A stretch of DNA of 39,180 nucleotides, from assembly GCA_003555465.1 (NCBI GenBank), contig PWIB01000007.1:1-39180 (forward strand), written 5' to 3'. The DNA comes from Candidatus Aenigmatarchaeota archaeon (GTDB lineage Archaea; Aenigmatarchaeota; Aenigmatarchaeia; PWEA01). Below are positions 23,636 through 32,991 of the stretch, piece by piece. How positions within the stretch are numbered: position 1 is the first letter of the stretch; every line of letters begins with the position of its first letter. The position numbers and the translations under genes are program-made. The notes beneath the pieces were generated by a model that worked only from the letters and a program-made list of their open reading frames with translations, was not told the DNA's origin and ran no database searches.

Positions 23636-25636
23636 ATGACCAAGAGTTCAGAAGAAGATTTTGTATTAAGATGTCCTCAGGAGGAGAATCCTGACTGGGG
23701 ATACGCCAGAAACAGGCAGTTCATACTTAAGAGAACCGACGCGTCCTGGAGTTCTTCCCTCTTCTCCGTCGATCTGCATAACTTCAAGATGCCTAACCGA
23801 GACTATCCGCAGCAAGGACTTCTGTTCAGAGTCAGAGACGAGTACACAAAGTTCCTTGATGCAGTAATGTTTAAGTTGATGCATGAAGGTGAAGTTATAG
23901 AGCTGGAGAACGAGGACGTAGAGGTTACTCCTTGGAGAGCAACCTACACATACAGCTCAGACGAAGCAGAGCTCAAGGTAACCTACTACCTGGCCAAATC
24001 TTCTTTGAAAGACAAAGCCGGCGGCTGGGTAGAGTTCGAAGTGGATTCTAAGCACGAAGAACTCGACCTGGTGGTTTCGCCTGTCGTAGATATAAGGCCA
24101 GTGGGCGAAGAGAGTCCTTCTGCTGACGACTACGGCATAAAAGCGAAGAAGGACGTTCTGACCGTCTCAAAACAAGGCAAAGAAATAATGTTCGGTCCCT
24201 GTGACAAAGCTATGGTCCAGACCGAGGTTGAAAAGTGGAAATACAAGCTCGGAGACGGCTTCAGACAAAGGACTGACGAAGGTGTAAAGTTCAGAAGCGT
24301 CGAAAAGAATCCTCTTAAGGCAGGACTCCTCACATACGAAATTTCAGGTGAAGACAATGTAAAGATGGCCGTGGCCTGCGGCAAAGATCTGGACAAAACG
24401 GATCTGGATTTCTTCAGGCAGACAAGCTACAGGAGAGATATTGAAGAGGCGGAGAAGATCCTTGACAGGTTCGAATTTTCAGAAGGTAAGAAAGGAAGGT
24501 TCATGAAGAACAGGCTTCTGACGCTCTCGAAGTTTTCCACGAGGGAAGGCGGAATGGAGATACCTGAAGCCGGGGACTGGTGGTTTAAGGATATATGGTT
24601 CCGAGATCTCTTTGAATCGTTGTTCCAGGAGATGGAGTTCTACAGGGAAGTCAAAGGCGAGGAGTGGATAAAGAAGCTGCTGACCTGGGCGAGGATATAT
24701 CTGAAGGACGGAATAATGGCCGCAAAGGCCGACGAAAACGAACCTGTATACAACTCAATAGACGGCTCATTGCTCTACCTCCTATGTGCCGCAAAGTATT
24801 ACGAGAAGACGGGCGACGGGAACTTCAAGGAAAACATGGAGAAGACCTTTGATTCCGTTATAGAGAGTCTGGAAGAGGAAGACGGCCTCGTGAGATGCAG
24901 GCCTGAATACTCCTGGCTGGACTCCGTCGTTGATGGTGAAGCAACAAGGGTTCCAGACAACTGGGACGTCGAAGACGAAGAAAGGTTCTTGCTTCCCGAA
25001 GTAAACGCTTTATGGATAAGGGTCCTCGAGGAGTACAACAAGATATACGGCGCTGACAGGGACGTAAGGAAAGCCTGGAACTCGTTTAAGGAAGTATTCT
25101 GGGACGAAAAGAAAGGCTTTATATACCACATAGTTTACGACGGCGAAGAAGCTTTAAAGGATCCGACGGAAAGCTCCGTGGCCGTGGTTTCGCTGGCCTT
25201 GCTCAAAGACTACTTCTTCGGCTACGAGCTCCTGGAGGCATGGAAAACAGTGAAGGAAAAGCTTCTCGTAGGAAGGAAGCCTGTTTTCTTCGACGACGGC
25301 TACCTGCCCTTTGGGATACTTACCAAAAACAGTAGGAAGGACATCTACCTCGGCGACGAAGAGTACCACGAAGCTGTTGTATGGCCGAGAGACAGTCCCT
25401 ACCTCTTCACACTTCTGGAGAAGATAGGCAGAAAAGGTATAAAGGAAGACATAATGAAAAACATGCTTGACCATCAGATGTCCGAGGGAGTTGTGTTTTA
25501 CAACCAGGAGCTGTTTTCGCTTCCTGAAGGTGAGAACCCTTGCGAGACTTCTCTTTCATCAAACCCAGTGCCGGTAAAGAATCCTGTACAGCTATGGTCC
25601 CACTTCCTACCCGACCTGCAGGTTAAGAAGGAATGA
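23636..25636 (+). CDS. glycogen debranching enzyme, amylo-alpha-1,6-glucosidase (GDE_C) type
   Basis: 666 aa. WWFKDIWFRDLFESL, SIDGSLLYLLCAAKYYEKTGD, EVNALWIRVLEEY and VWPRDSPYLF are typical of the archaeal GDE (alpha/alpha)6 family. It starts 1 nt after the minD stop. Confidence 0.85.
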   Translation: MTKSSEEDFVLRCPQEENPDWGYARNRQFILKRTDASWSSSLFSVDLHNFKMPNRDYPQQGLLFRVRDEYTKFLDAVMFKLMHEGEVIELENEDVEVTPWRATYTYSSDEAELKVTYYLAKSSLKDKAGGWVEFEVDSKHEELDLVVSPVVDIRPVGEESPSADDYGIKAKKDVLTVSKQGKEIMFGPCDKAMVQTEVEKWKYKLGDGFRQRTDEGVKFRSVEKNPLKAGLLTYEISGEDNVKMAVACGKDLDKTDLDFFRQTSYRRDIEEAEKILDRFEFSEGKKGRFMKNRLLTLSKFSTREGGMEIPEAGDWWFKDIWFRDLFESLFQEMEFYREVKGEEWIKKLLTWARIYLKDGIMAAKADENEPVYNSIDGSLLYLLCAAKYYEKTGDGNFKENMEKTFDSVIESLEEEDGLVRCRPEYSWLDSVVDGEATRVPDNWDVEDEERFLLPEVNALWIRVLEEYNKIYGADRDVRKAWNSFKEVFWDEKKGFIYHIVYDGEEALKDPTESSVAVVSLALLKDYFFGYELLEAWKTVKEKLLVGRKPVFFDDGYLPFGILTKNSRKDIYLGDEEYHEAVVWPRDSPYLFTLLEKIGRKGIKEDIMKNMLDHQMSEGVVFYNQELFSLPEGENPCETSLSSNPVPVKNPVQLWSHFLPDLQVKKE

Positions 25637-27171
25637 TAAAAATGAAGAGCCTCTTTCTTGTAACAGAGCTTTACGAACCTGCTGGAGGTCTGCATAGATA
25701 CACTACACATCTTCTCTCGGTCTGGGAAGAAGCTCTTGAAAGGGAAAAGACGGATATAGAGCCAATGGTCCTTTCGGTGAAGAACAGCGAGGACCCTCAG
25801 AAGGACCTTGAGGTAGCGGAGGAGTTCTCGGACTTTATGGAGGAAGAGGACGTCAAGGTACATAGAGGTGAGAGAGGCGGACATACCTGTTACTTCCTTG
25901 AAGGCGAGGTACCTGACCTGGAACAACTCCACTGGAGGTTATGGAACAACTACGGCATAGACTCCTCAAAGACGTCAAAGGGACTGGAATGGTACAACGA
26001 CACCCTTTCCTCGTTCTGGTACTGGGCACCGAAGTTTGTCGAGTACCTCATCGAAGAAGAAAAAATGGAGTTCAAATGTATAGATGCACAGGACTGGCTG
26101 GCCTTCCCTGCTGGCTTCCTGACCTCAGAAAGACTGGATATACCCCTGGTATGCAGAATACACTCAGGTGAATACGGAAGAAGTCTGGGTAATCCGGACG
26201 AAGAGGACGCGCCCATACAGATAGAGACCGCATCGCTAGCCTTCGCCGACTATGTTCAAGGTGTCTCCGTTTCTGAAACGGCCTTCCAGATAACACATCT
26301 CATGCCGCTGAAGGAAAGGCTTGACGAGGAGCTGAGGGAAAGGCGAGGCGAGGAATGGTACAGATATCAGAAAGTAAGGAACGAAAAGATAAAGTCCTTC
26401 CTCCTGTACGAATCTGAAAGTGAAATGACCCTTCTGAAGGACCTTATCGGAGGCATGCCAAATGGAATAATCCTCGACGAATGGGAGGAGGTCGATAAGG
26501 AGGATATAAAGGACGGTGAGGAGAGGTTGAGTGAACTACTTCCATCAAAGGAAAACTTCATATTCTTCATAGGAAGGACCTCCTACAGAAAAGGTCTGGA
26601 CTTTCTTCTCGAGGCGCTCTCAAAGTACAAGGAACAGTACAGTGACACTGGCCTGGTTATAGCTTCTTCGATGCATTCCGATACGTACAGAGAATACAAA
26701 GGCAAGCTGAAAGAGATGGACCTCAGCGAGGACGTACAGATACTCAACCAGTGGCTGGAACCGGAGGAGAAGAGAAGGCTGATGTGCGCCTCGGACGTGA
26801 TAGCCCTCCCCTCTGTCTACGAACCCTTCGGAATAGTCGCTTTGGAAGGTCTTGCAGCTGACTACGCCGCAGAGAGCAACGGACTGACTGGCCCTGTGAC
26901 GGTAGTTGGAAACACAGGTGGCATGTCCGAGATAATAAAGAGCGGAGTCAACGGTTTCGAGGTCCCGATAAAGAACTTCGAGATAGATCCTGATATGCTT
27001 CACCGCGCGCTGAAGAAAGCACTGGACCAGGAAAACAGAGTAAAGATCTCAAGGGAAGGAGCAAAGCGCGTGCAGGATAACCAGTTCCGCTGGAGCTACA
27101 TACTTGAAAGAATTCTGGAAGTATACGACAAGGCCGAGAGAAACTGGAAGGAAAGGCTCAAAAACCTCTAG
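25633..27171 (+). CDS. GT-B glycosyltransferase (glycogen synthase-like, long form)
   Basis: 512 aa. N-terminal EPAGGL, C-terminal FIGRTSYRKG and SVYEPFGIVALEG (E-x7-E). ATGA overlap with the debranching gene. Confidence 0.75.
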   Translation: MIKMKSLFLVTELYEPAGGLHRYTTHLLSVWEEALEREKTDIEPMVLSVKNSEDPQKDLEVAEEFSDFMEEEDVKVHRGERGGHTCYFLEGEVPDLEQLHWRLWNNYGIDSSKTSKGLEWYNDTLSSFWYWAPKFVEYLIEEEKMEFKCIDAQDWLAFPAGFLTSERLDIPLVCRIHSGEYGRSLGNPDEEDAPIQIETASLAFADYVQGVSVSETAFQITHLMPLKERLDEELRERRGEEWYRYQKVRNEKIKSFLLYESESEMTLLKDLIGGMPNGIILDEWEEVDKEDIKDGEERLSELLPSKENFIFFIGRTSYRKGLDFLLEALSKYKEQYSDTGLVIASSMHSDTYREYKGKLKEMDLSEDVQILNQWLEPEEKRRLMCASDVIALPSVYEPFGIVALEGLAADYAAESNGLTGPVTVVGNTGGMSEIIKSGVNGFEVPIKNFEIDPDMLHRALKKALDQENRVKISREGAKRVQDNQFRWSYILERILEVYDKAERNWKERLKNL

Positions 27172-28406
27172 TCCTTTTCCTCTCTTACCCTTTTCTTGAA
27201 GTCCCGGAGAACTTCCATGAATGAACGGAAGGCATCGTAGTGGTTGTCGAAAGCCGAGAAGTATGAGTGGACGTCTCCGTCGCCTTCGCCCTTGTTACAC
27301 AAGTAGTAAAGATGGTCGCTGGTCAGTAACTTCCTCCATACCTCTATAAGGTGTTCGTTTCCTGTCTCCTTTACGTGATCCTCCAACATCTTCAGCTCCT
27401 CGAACAGATACTGCTGCATCCAGTTGCCGAGCCAGGCGCTTTCATCCCTCTCCATGTCGGCCCACGAAACCGAATCGTACTCAAACACGTCTATTTCACC
27501 CTTTGGCTCATGGCTGTCTACAACTTCGGAAGGTGTCTTGAAGCTGAGACCGTCCTGTGAAATCACCTCTCCCGGAAGGCTTCTGAGGAAGGAAAAGATT
27601 CCGGAGTCTGCCCAGTGGTGCTCACCGAAGGTCTCGTAGTCCATGGAGAGGTTCACGACCTCGCCTTCGGTCTCCGAAAGCCAGCTTGCAAACTTGTCAG
27701 CAGTCAGCGGCCATTTGTCCCACCACCTTGCCGAGAAGCGGAAGGCTATATCGTCGGAGAGACCGTAGTTCTTAGTTATGACGGGTATCGAGGCAGAGTC
27801 CTTTGGCGGCCTGTAGAGGTAGTTGGGTGATCTCCATCCAAGGATACGGTCTGCTCCCTCGGTTATTATACCCTGGAAACCGAGGTCGTCAACGGTCTCG
27901 GCGATCTTGTTGTTGTAAAGAGCTTCCGTATTGGAAAATACCTTAGGCTCGACGCCGAACTCCTCCCTGACAAGTTCCCTGTGAAGCTCGACCTGCTCTT
28001 TGAACTCGTCGTGGTCATCGAACAAGGAAGCGAGGGAGTGATGGTAAGTTTCGCCTAGGATCTCGACCTTTCCTGTATCGACAAGCTCCCTGAAGGACTT
28101 AAGTACTTGAGGATCGAACTCCTTGCACTGCTCTATGAAGGTCCCGGTAAGGGAGAAGGCTATCTTGAAATCCTCTTCTTTGTCCTCAAAGTCCTTGATG
28201 GCCTGCTTCAATACATCGTTGGCCGGGTAATAACACTTCTTAGCGACGCGGTGGAATATTTCTTTATCCGTTCCGCCCTTATCGAAGTAAAAGTCGTGGA
28301 GACTCTCGTGGTCATTGCCAGAACTGTCAAGAAAGGCGTGCTTCTTCAACCTCCATGGCTGATGTACCTTGAAGTATAGAGTTACTGACGTCATCTGATC
28401 CCCCAT
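27168..28406 (-). CDS. glycoside hydrolase family 57 (alpha-amylase-like)
   Basis: LYFKVHQPWRLK, GETYHHSL and DYETFGEHHW match GH57 conserved regions. Confidence 0.85.
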   Translation of the reverse strand: MGDQMTSVTLYFKVHQPWRLKKHAFLDSSGNDHESLHDFYFDKGGTDKEIFHRVAKKCYYPANDVLKQAIKDFEDKEEDFKIAFSLTGTFIEQCKEFDPQVLKSFRELVDTGKVEILGETYHHSLASLFDDHDEFKEQVELHRELVREEFGVEPKVFSNTEALYNNKIAETVDDLGFQGIITEGADRILGWRSPNYLYRPPKDSASIPVITKNYGLSDDIAFRFSARWWDKWPLTADKFASWLSETEGEVVNLSMDYETFGEHHWADSGIFSFLRSLPGEVISQDGLSFKTPSEVVDSHEPKGEIDVFEYDSVSWADMERDESAWLGNWMQQYLFEELKMLEDHVKETGNEHLIEVWRKLLTSDHLYYLCNKGEGDGDVHSYFSAFDNHYDAFRSFMEVLRDFKKRVREEKD

Positions 28407-28429
28407 ACAGGTCCCCTAAACCTGTTGTC

Positions 28430-28445
28430 TTGTTTGTTTGTTTGT
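28430..28445. repeat. (TTGT)4 microsatellite in the GH57 / GT divergent spacer
   Basis: ttgtttgtttgtttgt read directly from the sequence, 24 nt upstream of the GH57 start codon. Confidence 0.9.
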
Positions 28446-28597
28446 TCATTTAAATAAGTTTTCAGGGGAAATAAACAAATCTCGTTAATTCTCAGGTTAT
28501 TTGAAGACAATTAGTAAAGTTTTTAAGCAAAGATTCCAAAACTTACCTTTAACGGTACAAGCTTCGTTTATAGGCCTGTAAAAGCGTGGGGTTTTGA

Positions 28598-29266
28598 ATG
28601 AGTGTTGAATCCGTACTTATGTTGACACAGAAGTACAGCGAAGGCGAGAAGATAAGCGAATACTGTCAAAGGCTTGCATCGCATCTCGAGGACGAAGGAG
28701 TCGAAACACATCTTGTTTGCTTCGGAGACGAAGACGTGGACGAGAAAGTAGGAAGTGTAAATCTACACAAGTTCTCCTTCAAGATGCATGGAGACAACTA
28801 CTTCTCCTGGTCCATGCTGCTCCAGTCGAGATTCATGGAGAAGATAGACGAGATAGTCGAGGAAGAAGACGTTGATGTAATCCATGCCAACAACTGGCCG
28901 ACCTTGCCTGCAAGCCTCACTGCAAGCAAGCTTCATGAACTTCCATTCGTAGTTACCTACCATTCTATAGAGGAGGAAAGGGGGATGGACAACCCACATT
29001 CCCATCAAATTTCAGATCTGGAGTGGGAAGGGATAGAGGAAGCTTCCTTCATAGTTGTCCACAAGGACAAAACAAAGGAAGCCATGGAAGTTTACGATCT
29101 CCCCGAGAAAAAGGTCAAGCTTCTCGCCAATGAGGACTGGGAGAAAGACGTGAAGAAACTCTACGATAGAGCGGCACAGGTAAACTCAAACCTTCAAAAT
29201 ATGGAAAAGGAGGCTGAAGATAACCATGGAAATTTTGATGCTTACGTGGGAGTATCCTCCGAATAA
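28598..29266 (+). CDS. N-domain-only paralog of the downstream GT4 glycosyltransferase
   Basis: 222 aa, alignable along its length with aa 1-180 of the next gene (VLMLT/ILMLT, DVIHANNWP/DIIHAHDWS, FVVTYHS/MVTTLHS, DLEWEG/DLEWYG). It lacks the KVGG motif and the whole C-terminal Rossmann domain. Confidence 0.65.
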   Translation: MSVESVLMLTQKYSEGEKISEYCQRLASHLEDEGVETHLVCFGDEDVDEKVGSVNLHKFSFKMHGDNYFSWSMLLQSRFMEKIDEIVEEEDVDVIHANNWPTLPASLTASKLHELPFVVTYHSIEEERGMDNPHSHQISDLEWEGIEEASFIVVHKDKTKEAMEVYDLPEKKVKLLANEDWEKDVKKLYDRAAQVNSNLQNMEKEAEDNHGNFDAYVGVSSE

Positions 29267-30374
29267 GGTAGGAGGAGTCGCAGCACACGTCGAGGATCTT
29301 TCGAAGACCTTGAACGAAATGGGTCATGATATAACCGTTATAACCTTCGGCGAAGAAGAGGAGTCAGAAGTAAAGGACGGTATAGAAGTTCATAGAATAA
29401 ACGCTAAGGAAGGACCCGATATAACCAGCTGGGTCCTGATGTCAAACCACAGGATGCAGAAAAAAGGTGTCGAGCTGCTCAAGGAAAAGGACTTCGATAT
29501 CATTCATGCACACGACTGGTCGGCTGTTCCTGCTGCAGCTTCCTTAAAGGAAGTAACGGACGCTCCTATGGTGACCACCTTACATTCCCTGGAGAGAAGC
29601 CGTGTAGGAAGCATACACTCCGATATGAGCAAGCTGATAAACGATCTGGAGTGGTACGGAGCCTACGAAGCCGACAAGGTCATAACCGTCGGTGAGGATA
29701 TAAGGGACGAGATACTCCACCATTTCTCAGTTCCAGAGGAAAAGTTACATCACGTACCGAACGGAGTCTTCGCTGATAAGTTTCAGAAAGGCAATTCCGT
29801 AAGAGACGAGATAGCTCTGGACTGGGAGATACCTGTCCTCTTCGTCGGGAGACTATGCCACCAAAAAGGCGTAAGGCATCTTATAGAGGCTATGCCTAAG
29901 GTGCTTGACAAAAAGCCTGAGGTTAAGTTCATAGTAGCCGGAGGGGGCGGAGGTGTAGACCATTACAGAAATATGGCCGAGTCCATTGGTGTGGACGACA
30001 AGGCCTACTTCCCAGGTTTCGTTCCAGACGACCAGCTTATAGACCTGTACAACTCCGTGGACGCCACGGTGATGCCATCGGTTTACGAGCCGTTCGGAAT
30101 CGTAGCCCTGGAATCAATGTCCGCTGGAACTCCCGTCGTGGGAAGCCATGTAGGCGGGATAAAGCAAACGGTTGTGCACGAGTGGACAGGCCTACACGTA
30201 GAGCCAGCGAACCCGGACTCGATAGCCTGGGGAATAGAGAAGGCCATTTCGGATCCGACGTGGAACGACTGGATGGGAAAGAACGGAAAGAAGCGTGCCG
30301 AGGAAAAGTTTACGTGGCATAGAGTCGCGGACATGACCTTGGACGTTTACGACAAGGCGATAAAAACCAAATAA
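29226..30374 (+). CDS. GT4/GT5-type glycosyltransferase, probable glycogen synthase
   Basis: 382 aa. PPNKVGGVAAHV (K-x-G-G), LFVGRLCHQKG and SVYEPFGIVALESM (E-x7-E). Confidence 0.8.
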   Translation: MEILMLTWEYPPNKVGGVAAHVEDLSKTLNEMGHDITVITFGEEEESEVKDGIEVHRINAKEGPDITSWVLMSNHRMQKKGVELLKEKDFDIIHAHDWSAVPAAASLKEVTDAPMVTTLHSLERSRVGSIHSDMSKLINDLEWYGAYEADKVITVGEDIRDEILHHFSVPEEKLHHVPNGVFADKFQKGNSVRDEIALDWEIPVLFVGRLCHQKGVRHLIEAMPKVLDKKPEVKFIVAGGGGGVDHYRNMAESIGVDDKAYFPGFVPDDQLIDLYNSVDATVMPSVYEPFGIVALESMSAGTPVVGSHVGGIKQTVVHEWTGLHVEPANPDSIAWGIEKAISDPTWNDWMGKNGKKRAEEKFTWHRVADMTLDVYDKAIKTK

Positions 30375-30404
30375 TTTAAAGTCGCTATCCCCAATATTCT
30401 CCTT

Positions 30405-31970
30405 ATGCCGCAAAAATCTATAGCTTACTTCTGCATGGAGTACGGACTTGATTCCGACTTCAAGATCTATGCAGGCGGACTTGGAATTCTTTCAGGGGAC
30501 ATGCTAAAGGCAGCAGAAGAAAGAGATGACGATATTATAGGAATAGGAGTACTGTGGCAGGAAGGCTATACCGAGCAGATCATAGAGGACGGAAAGCCCG
30601 TTGACAAGTCCTTCAAGCATGACTACGACTTCCTCGAAGAAACAGGGATAGGCTTCAGCATCGAGGTAAAGAACGAGGAGGTAGGATGCAAGGTCTACAG
30701 GGTAACCGAATTCAATAACAAGCCTCTTTACCTTATAGATACGGACCTCGAAGAAAACAGCGACTGGGCAAGGAAGCTAACATCAAGACTCTACGGTGGT
30801 AGCTGGGAGGACCAGCTCGTACAGAAGATACTCTTCGCAAAGGCCGGTCTGAGGGTCGTGGAGGAACTCGACTTCGAACCGGACTACTACCATCTCAGTG
30901 AGACGGACTCTGTGTTCGTGGCTATAGAGCTCCTCGAGGAGAAGCTGGACAGATGGGGCTTGGGGGAAGCCAAGGAGGAAGTAAAGGAGATCGTAAGGTT
31001 TACAACACACACGCCTATAGATGCTGGGAATCCTAAATATAACTACAGTTTACTTCACAAGGTCAACTACCCCGGAAACATCGCATACCAGAGCCTGAAG
31101 GAGATAGCAGGAAATCCCTTCAACACAACCTTGGTCGGTCTAAGGCTATCGGGCAAAGCCAACGCGGTTTCGAAGAGGCACATGAAAACTGTGAAGGAAA
31201 TGTGGTCAAGGTATATGCAAACCGAGCCTATAGTAGGCGTTACAAACGGCATACACCTTCCTACCTGGAGGTCGAAGGAGGTTGAGGAAGCTGAAGACCT
31301 CTGGGAGGTTCACCAGGAACAGAAAAGGGAGCTCGTGGAGCATATAGGAGCAGATATAGACATGGACAAGCCTTTGATAGGCTTCGCGAAGAGGATGCCC
31401 GACTACAAGAGGCCTTACCTTCCCTTCCACGACATCGAAAGGTTTGAAGAGCTGAAAGACGAGATAAATATTGTATTCTCAGGAAAGGCTCACCCCGACT
31501 TCAAGGAGTCGAAGGAAAGGGTAGAGAAGATAGTAGGCTACGCTGAGAAATACGATTCCGTCCACTGGATAGAGAACTATTCGATGAAGGACGCGGAGAA
31601 GCTTGTGAAAGGGTGTGACGTTTGGCTGTCATGTTCTGTGCCTCCCAAGGAGGCCTGCAGCACCTCGGTTATCAAGGCAGCCGTAAACGGCGTTCTCAAC
31701 CTCTCGACCCTGGATGGATGGTGGTGGGAAGCGTGCAACCATGGAGAAAACGGATGGCAGTACGGCGACGAAAAGATACTCGAGGACAGGGAAAAGCAGG
31801 ACGCGCACGATGCGGAAGCTCTCTACAGGGTGATAGAGGAAGAAGTCGTCCCGGCTTACAGGGAAAGAGAAAAATGGATAGAGATGATGAAGAGTTCGAT
31901 AAAGACCGTGGAGGACAACTACACAGCAAAGAAGATGCTGGAAAAATACTTTACAAAGGTATGGACATGA
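30405..31970 (+). CDS. alpha-glucan phosphorylase (GT35), short form
   Basis: YFCMEYGL, YAGGLGILSGD, HTPIDAGN, and the PLP-Lys region PPKEACSTSVIKAAVNGVLNLSTLDGWWWE. At 521 aa it is shorter than classical enzymes. Confidence 0.85.
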   Translation: MPQKSIAYFCMEYGLDSDFKIYAGGLGILSGDMLKAAEERDDDIIGIGVLWQEGYTEQIIEDGKPVDKSFKHDYDFLEETGIGFSIEVKNEEVGCKVYRVTEFNNKPLYLIDTDLEENSDWARKLTSRLYGGSWEDQLVQKILFAKAGLRVVEELDFEPDYYHLSETDSVFVAIELLEEKLDRWGLGEAKEEVKEIVRFTTHTPIDAGNPKYNYSLLHKVNYPGNIAYQSLKEIAGNPFNTTLVGLRLSGKANAVSKRHMKTVKEMWSRYMQTEPIVGVTNGIHLPTWRSKEVEEAEDLWEVHQEQKRELVEHIGADIDMDKPLIGFAKRMPDYKRPYLPFHDIERFEELKDEINIVFSGKAHPDFKESKERVEKIVGYAEKYDSVHWIENYSMKDAEKLVKGCDVWLSCSVPPKEACSTSVIKAAVNGVLNLSTLDGWWWEACNHGENGWQYGDEKILEDREKQDAHDAEALYRVIEEEVVPAYREREKWIEMMKSSIKTVEDNYTAKKMLEKYFTKVWT

Positions 31971-32677
31971 GAAAGAAACTCAAATTCGGCGGAAGGAAGG
32001 TGGAGCCTGATGTACGTATGCTTTACGACATGGAAGAGGTAGTTTACGACAAGGATTGGTTGAAAGGTGCGGAAAACGTTCCTCTGTACTTCATGTACCG
32101 CGACCTGTACAAGCAAGGTGACGAGAAAAGGATAAAGGAAAGGGGTCTGAGGTACGACATAACTGTAATTCCGCCCAAGATGCTCGGAAAGGAGTATGTA
32201 AAGACGAAGGGACACTTTCACGAAACGGCGAAAAACATGACATACCCCGAACTTTACGGAGTCCTGGAAGGCAGTGCTCACTACCTACTTCAGAAGGGAA
32301 GAGGAGAAGAAGCCGAGAGGACTGTCCTGGTAAAGGCCGAGAAGGGCGACAAAGTAATAATACCGCCAGGATACGGACATATAACTATAAACCCAACCTC
32401 CGAAAAGCTGAAGATGGCCAACTGGGTTTTCAGAAACTTCGACTCCGTATACGGCCCCATAGTAGAAAAAGGCGGCGCGGCCTGGTTCGAGACGGATGAA
32501 GGTTTCAAGAGAAACGACAACTACAGTAAGGTTCCTGAGTTGGAGGTATTCAAAGCCTCGGAAAACGACCAGTTCGAAGGGGAAATATACAGCCTGATAG
32601 AAGATCCGGGCAAACTCGACTTCCTGAGCTCACCGGAACAAAATAAAAAAGTTTTTGAAGATCTGGAGTTTTTCTGA
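31967..32677 (+). CDS. pgiA: cupin-type glucose-6-phosphate isomerase
   Basis: TKGHFH and IIPPGYGHITIN match the cPGI metal-binding motifs. The ATG at 31967 overlaps the phosphorylase stop (ATGA); the ATG at 31961 is an alternative. The track ORF from 31622 is an out-of-frame overlap artefact. Confidence 0.85.
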   Translation: MRKKLKFGGRKVEPDVRMLYDMEEVVYDKDWLKGAENVPLYFMYRDLYKQGDEKRIKERGLRYDITVIPPKMLGKEYVKTKGHFHETAKNMTYPELYGVLEGSAHYLLQKGRGEEAERTVLVKAEKGDKVIIPPGYGHITINPTSEKLKMANWVFRNFDSVYGPIVEKGGAAWFETDEGFKRNDNYSKVPELEVFKASENDQFEGEIYSLIEDPGKLDFLSSPEQNKKVFEDLEFF

Positions 32678-32684
32678 AAGCTGC

Positions 32685-32855
32685 TCAGACGGATATGGCA
32701 TCCACAGGACAGACGTCCTCTGACTGCTTGGCTTCCTTTGTATCCTCGTCCTTGATCACTTCCGCCTTCCCCTGATCATTCATCTCAAATATATCAGGAG
32801 CTACTGAAACGCAGGATCCACATCCTATGCATGCATCTTCATCAACTTCAACCAT
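32685..32855 (-). CDS. fdx: small ferredoxin (56 aa), not in the ORF track
   Basis: My own translation is MVEVDEDACIGCGSCVSVAPDIFEMNDQGKAEVIKDEDTKEAKQSEDVCPVDAISV. It shows the C-x2-C-x2-C ... CP pattern of single-cluster ferredoxins. TATA-like ggttaaatac lies upstream. Confidence 0.75.
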   Translation of the reverse strand: MVEVDEDACIGCGSCVSVAPDIFEMNDQGKAEVIKDEDTKEAKQSEDVCPVDAISV

Positions 32856-32904
32856 GTTCTCACGGTCTTTATAGGAAATCGGTTGTATTTAACCTTTTTG
32901 GAGG

Positions 32905-32991
32905 TCACAGAACATACAGGTATCTTATAACAAAGGCTACGATCATCATAACTACGAATATCGCTACCAGGACCCTTGTTTCTCGACTCAT
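32905..32991 (-). CDS. possible 28-aa single-TM micropeptide
   Basis: MSRETRVLVAIFVVMMIVAFVIRYLYVL. Its ATG overlaps the DUF59 stop (TAATG). Coupling and hydrophobicity are the only support. Confidence 0.3.
   Translation of the reverse strand: MSRETRVLVAIFVVMMIVAFVIRYLYVL

Noticed and set aside
28407-28597. A Thermococcales-type glycolytic regulon motif (TATCAC-N5-GTGATA) or another palindromic operator in the glycogen-cluster spacers
   Set aside because: Reading the spacers at 28407-28597, 30375-30404 and 22751-22872 shows no such palindrome. Only a (TTGT)4 microsatellite and TATA-like boxes are present.
28598-30374. The idea that the 222-aa and 382-aa GT genes are one gene broken by a frameshift
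   Set aside because: Both products align to the same N-terminal domain, so they are paralogs in tandem rather than consecutive halves of one enzyme.
31622-31966. The 5' extension of the PGI ORF (Arg/Gly-rich MAVMFCASQGG...)
   Set aside because: It lies in an alternative frame of the phosphorylase gene, whose own frame carries strongly conserved motifs. The cPGI homology starts at MRKKLKFGG.
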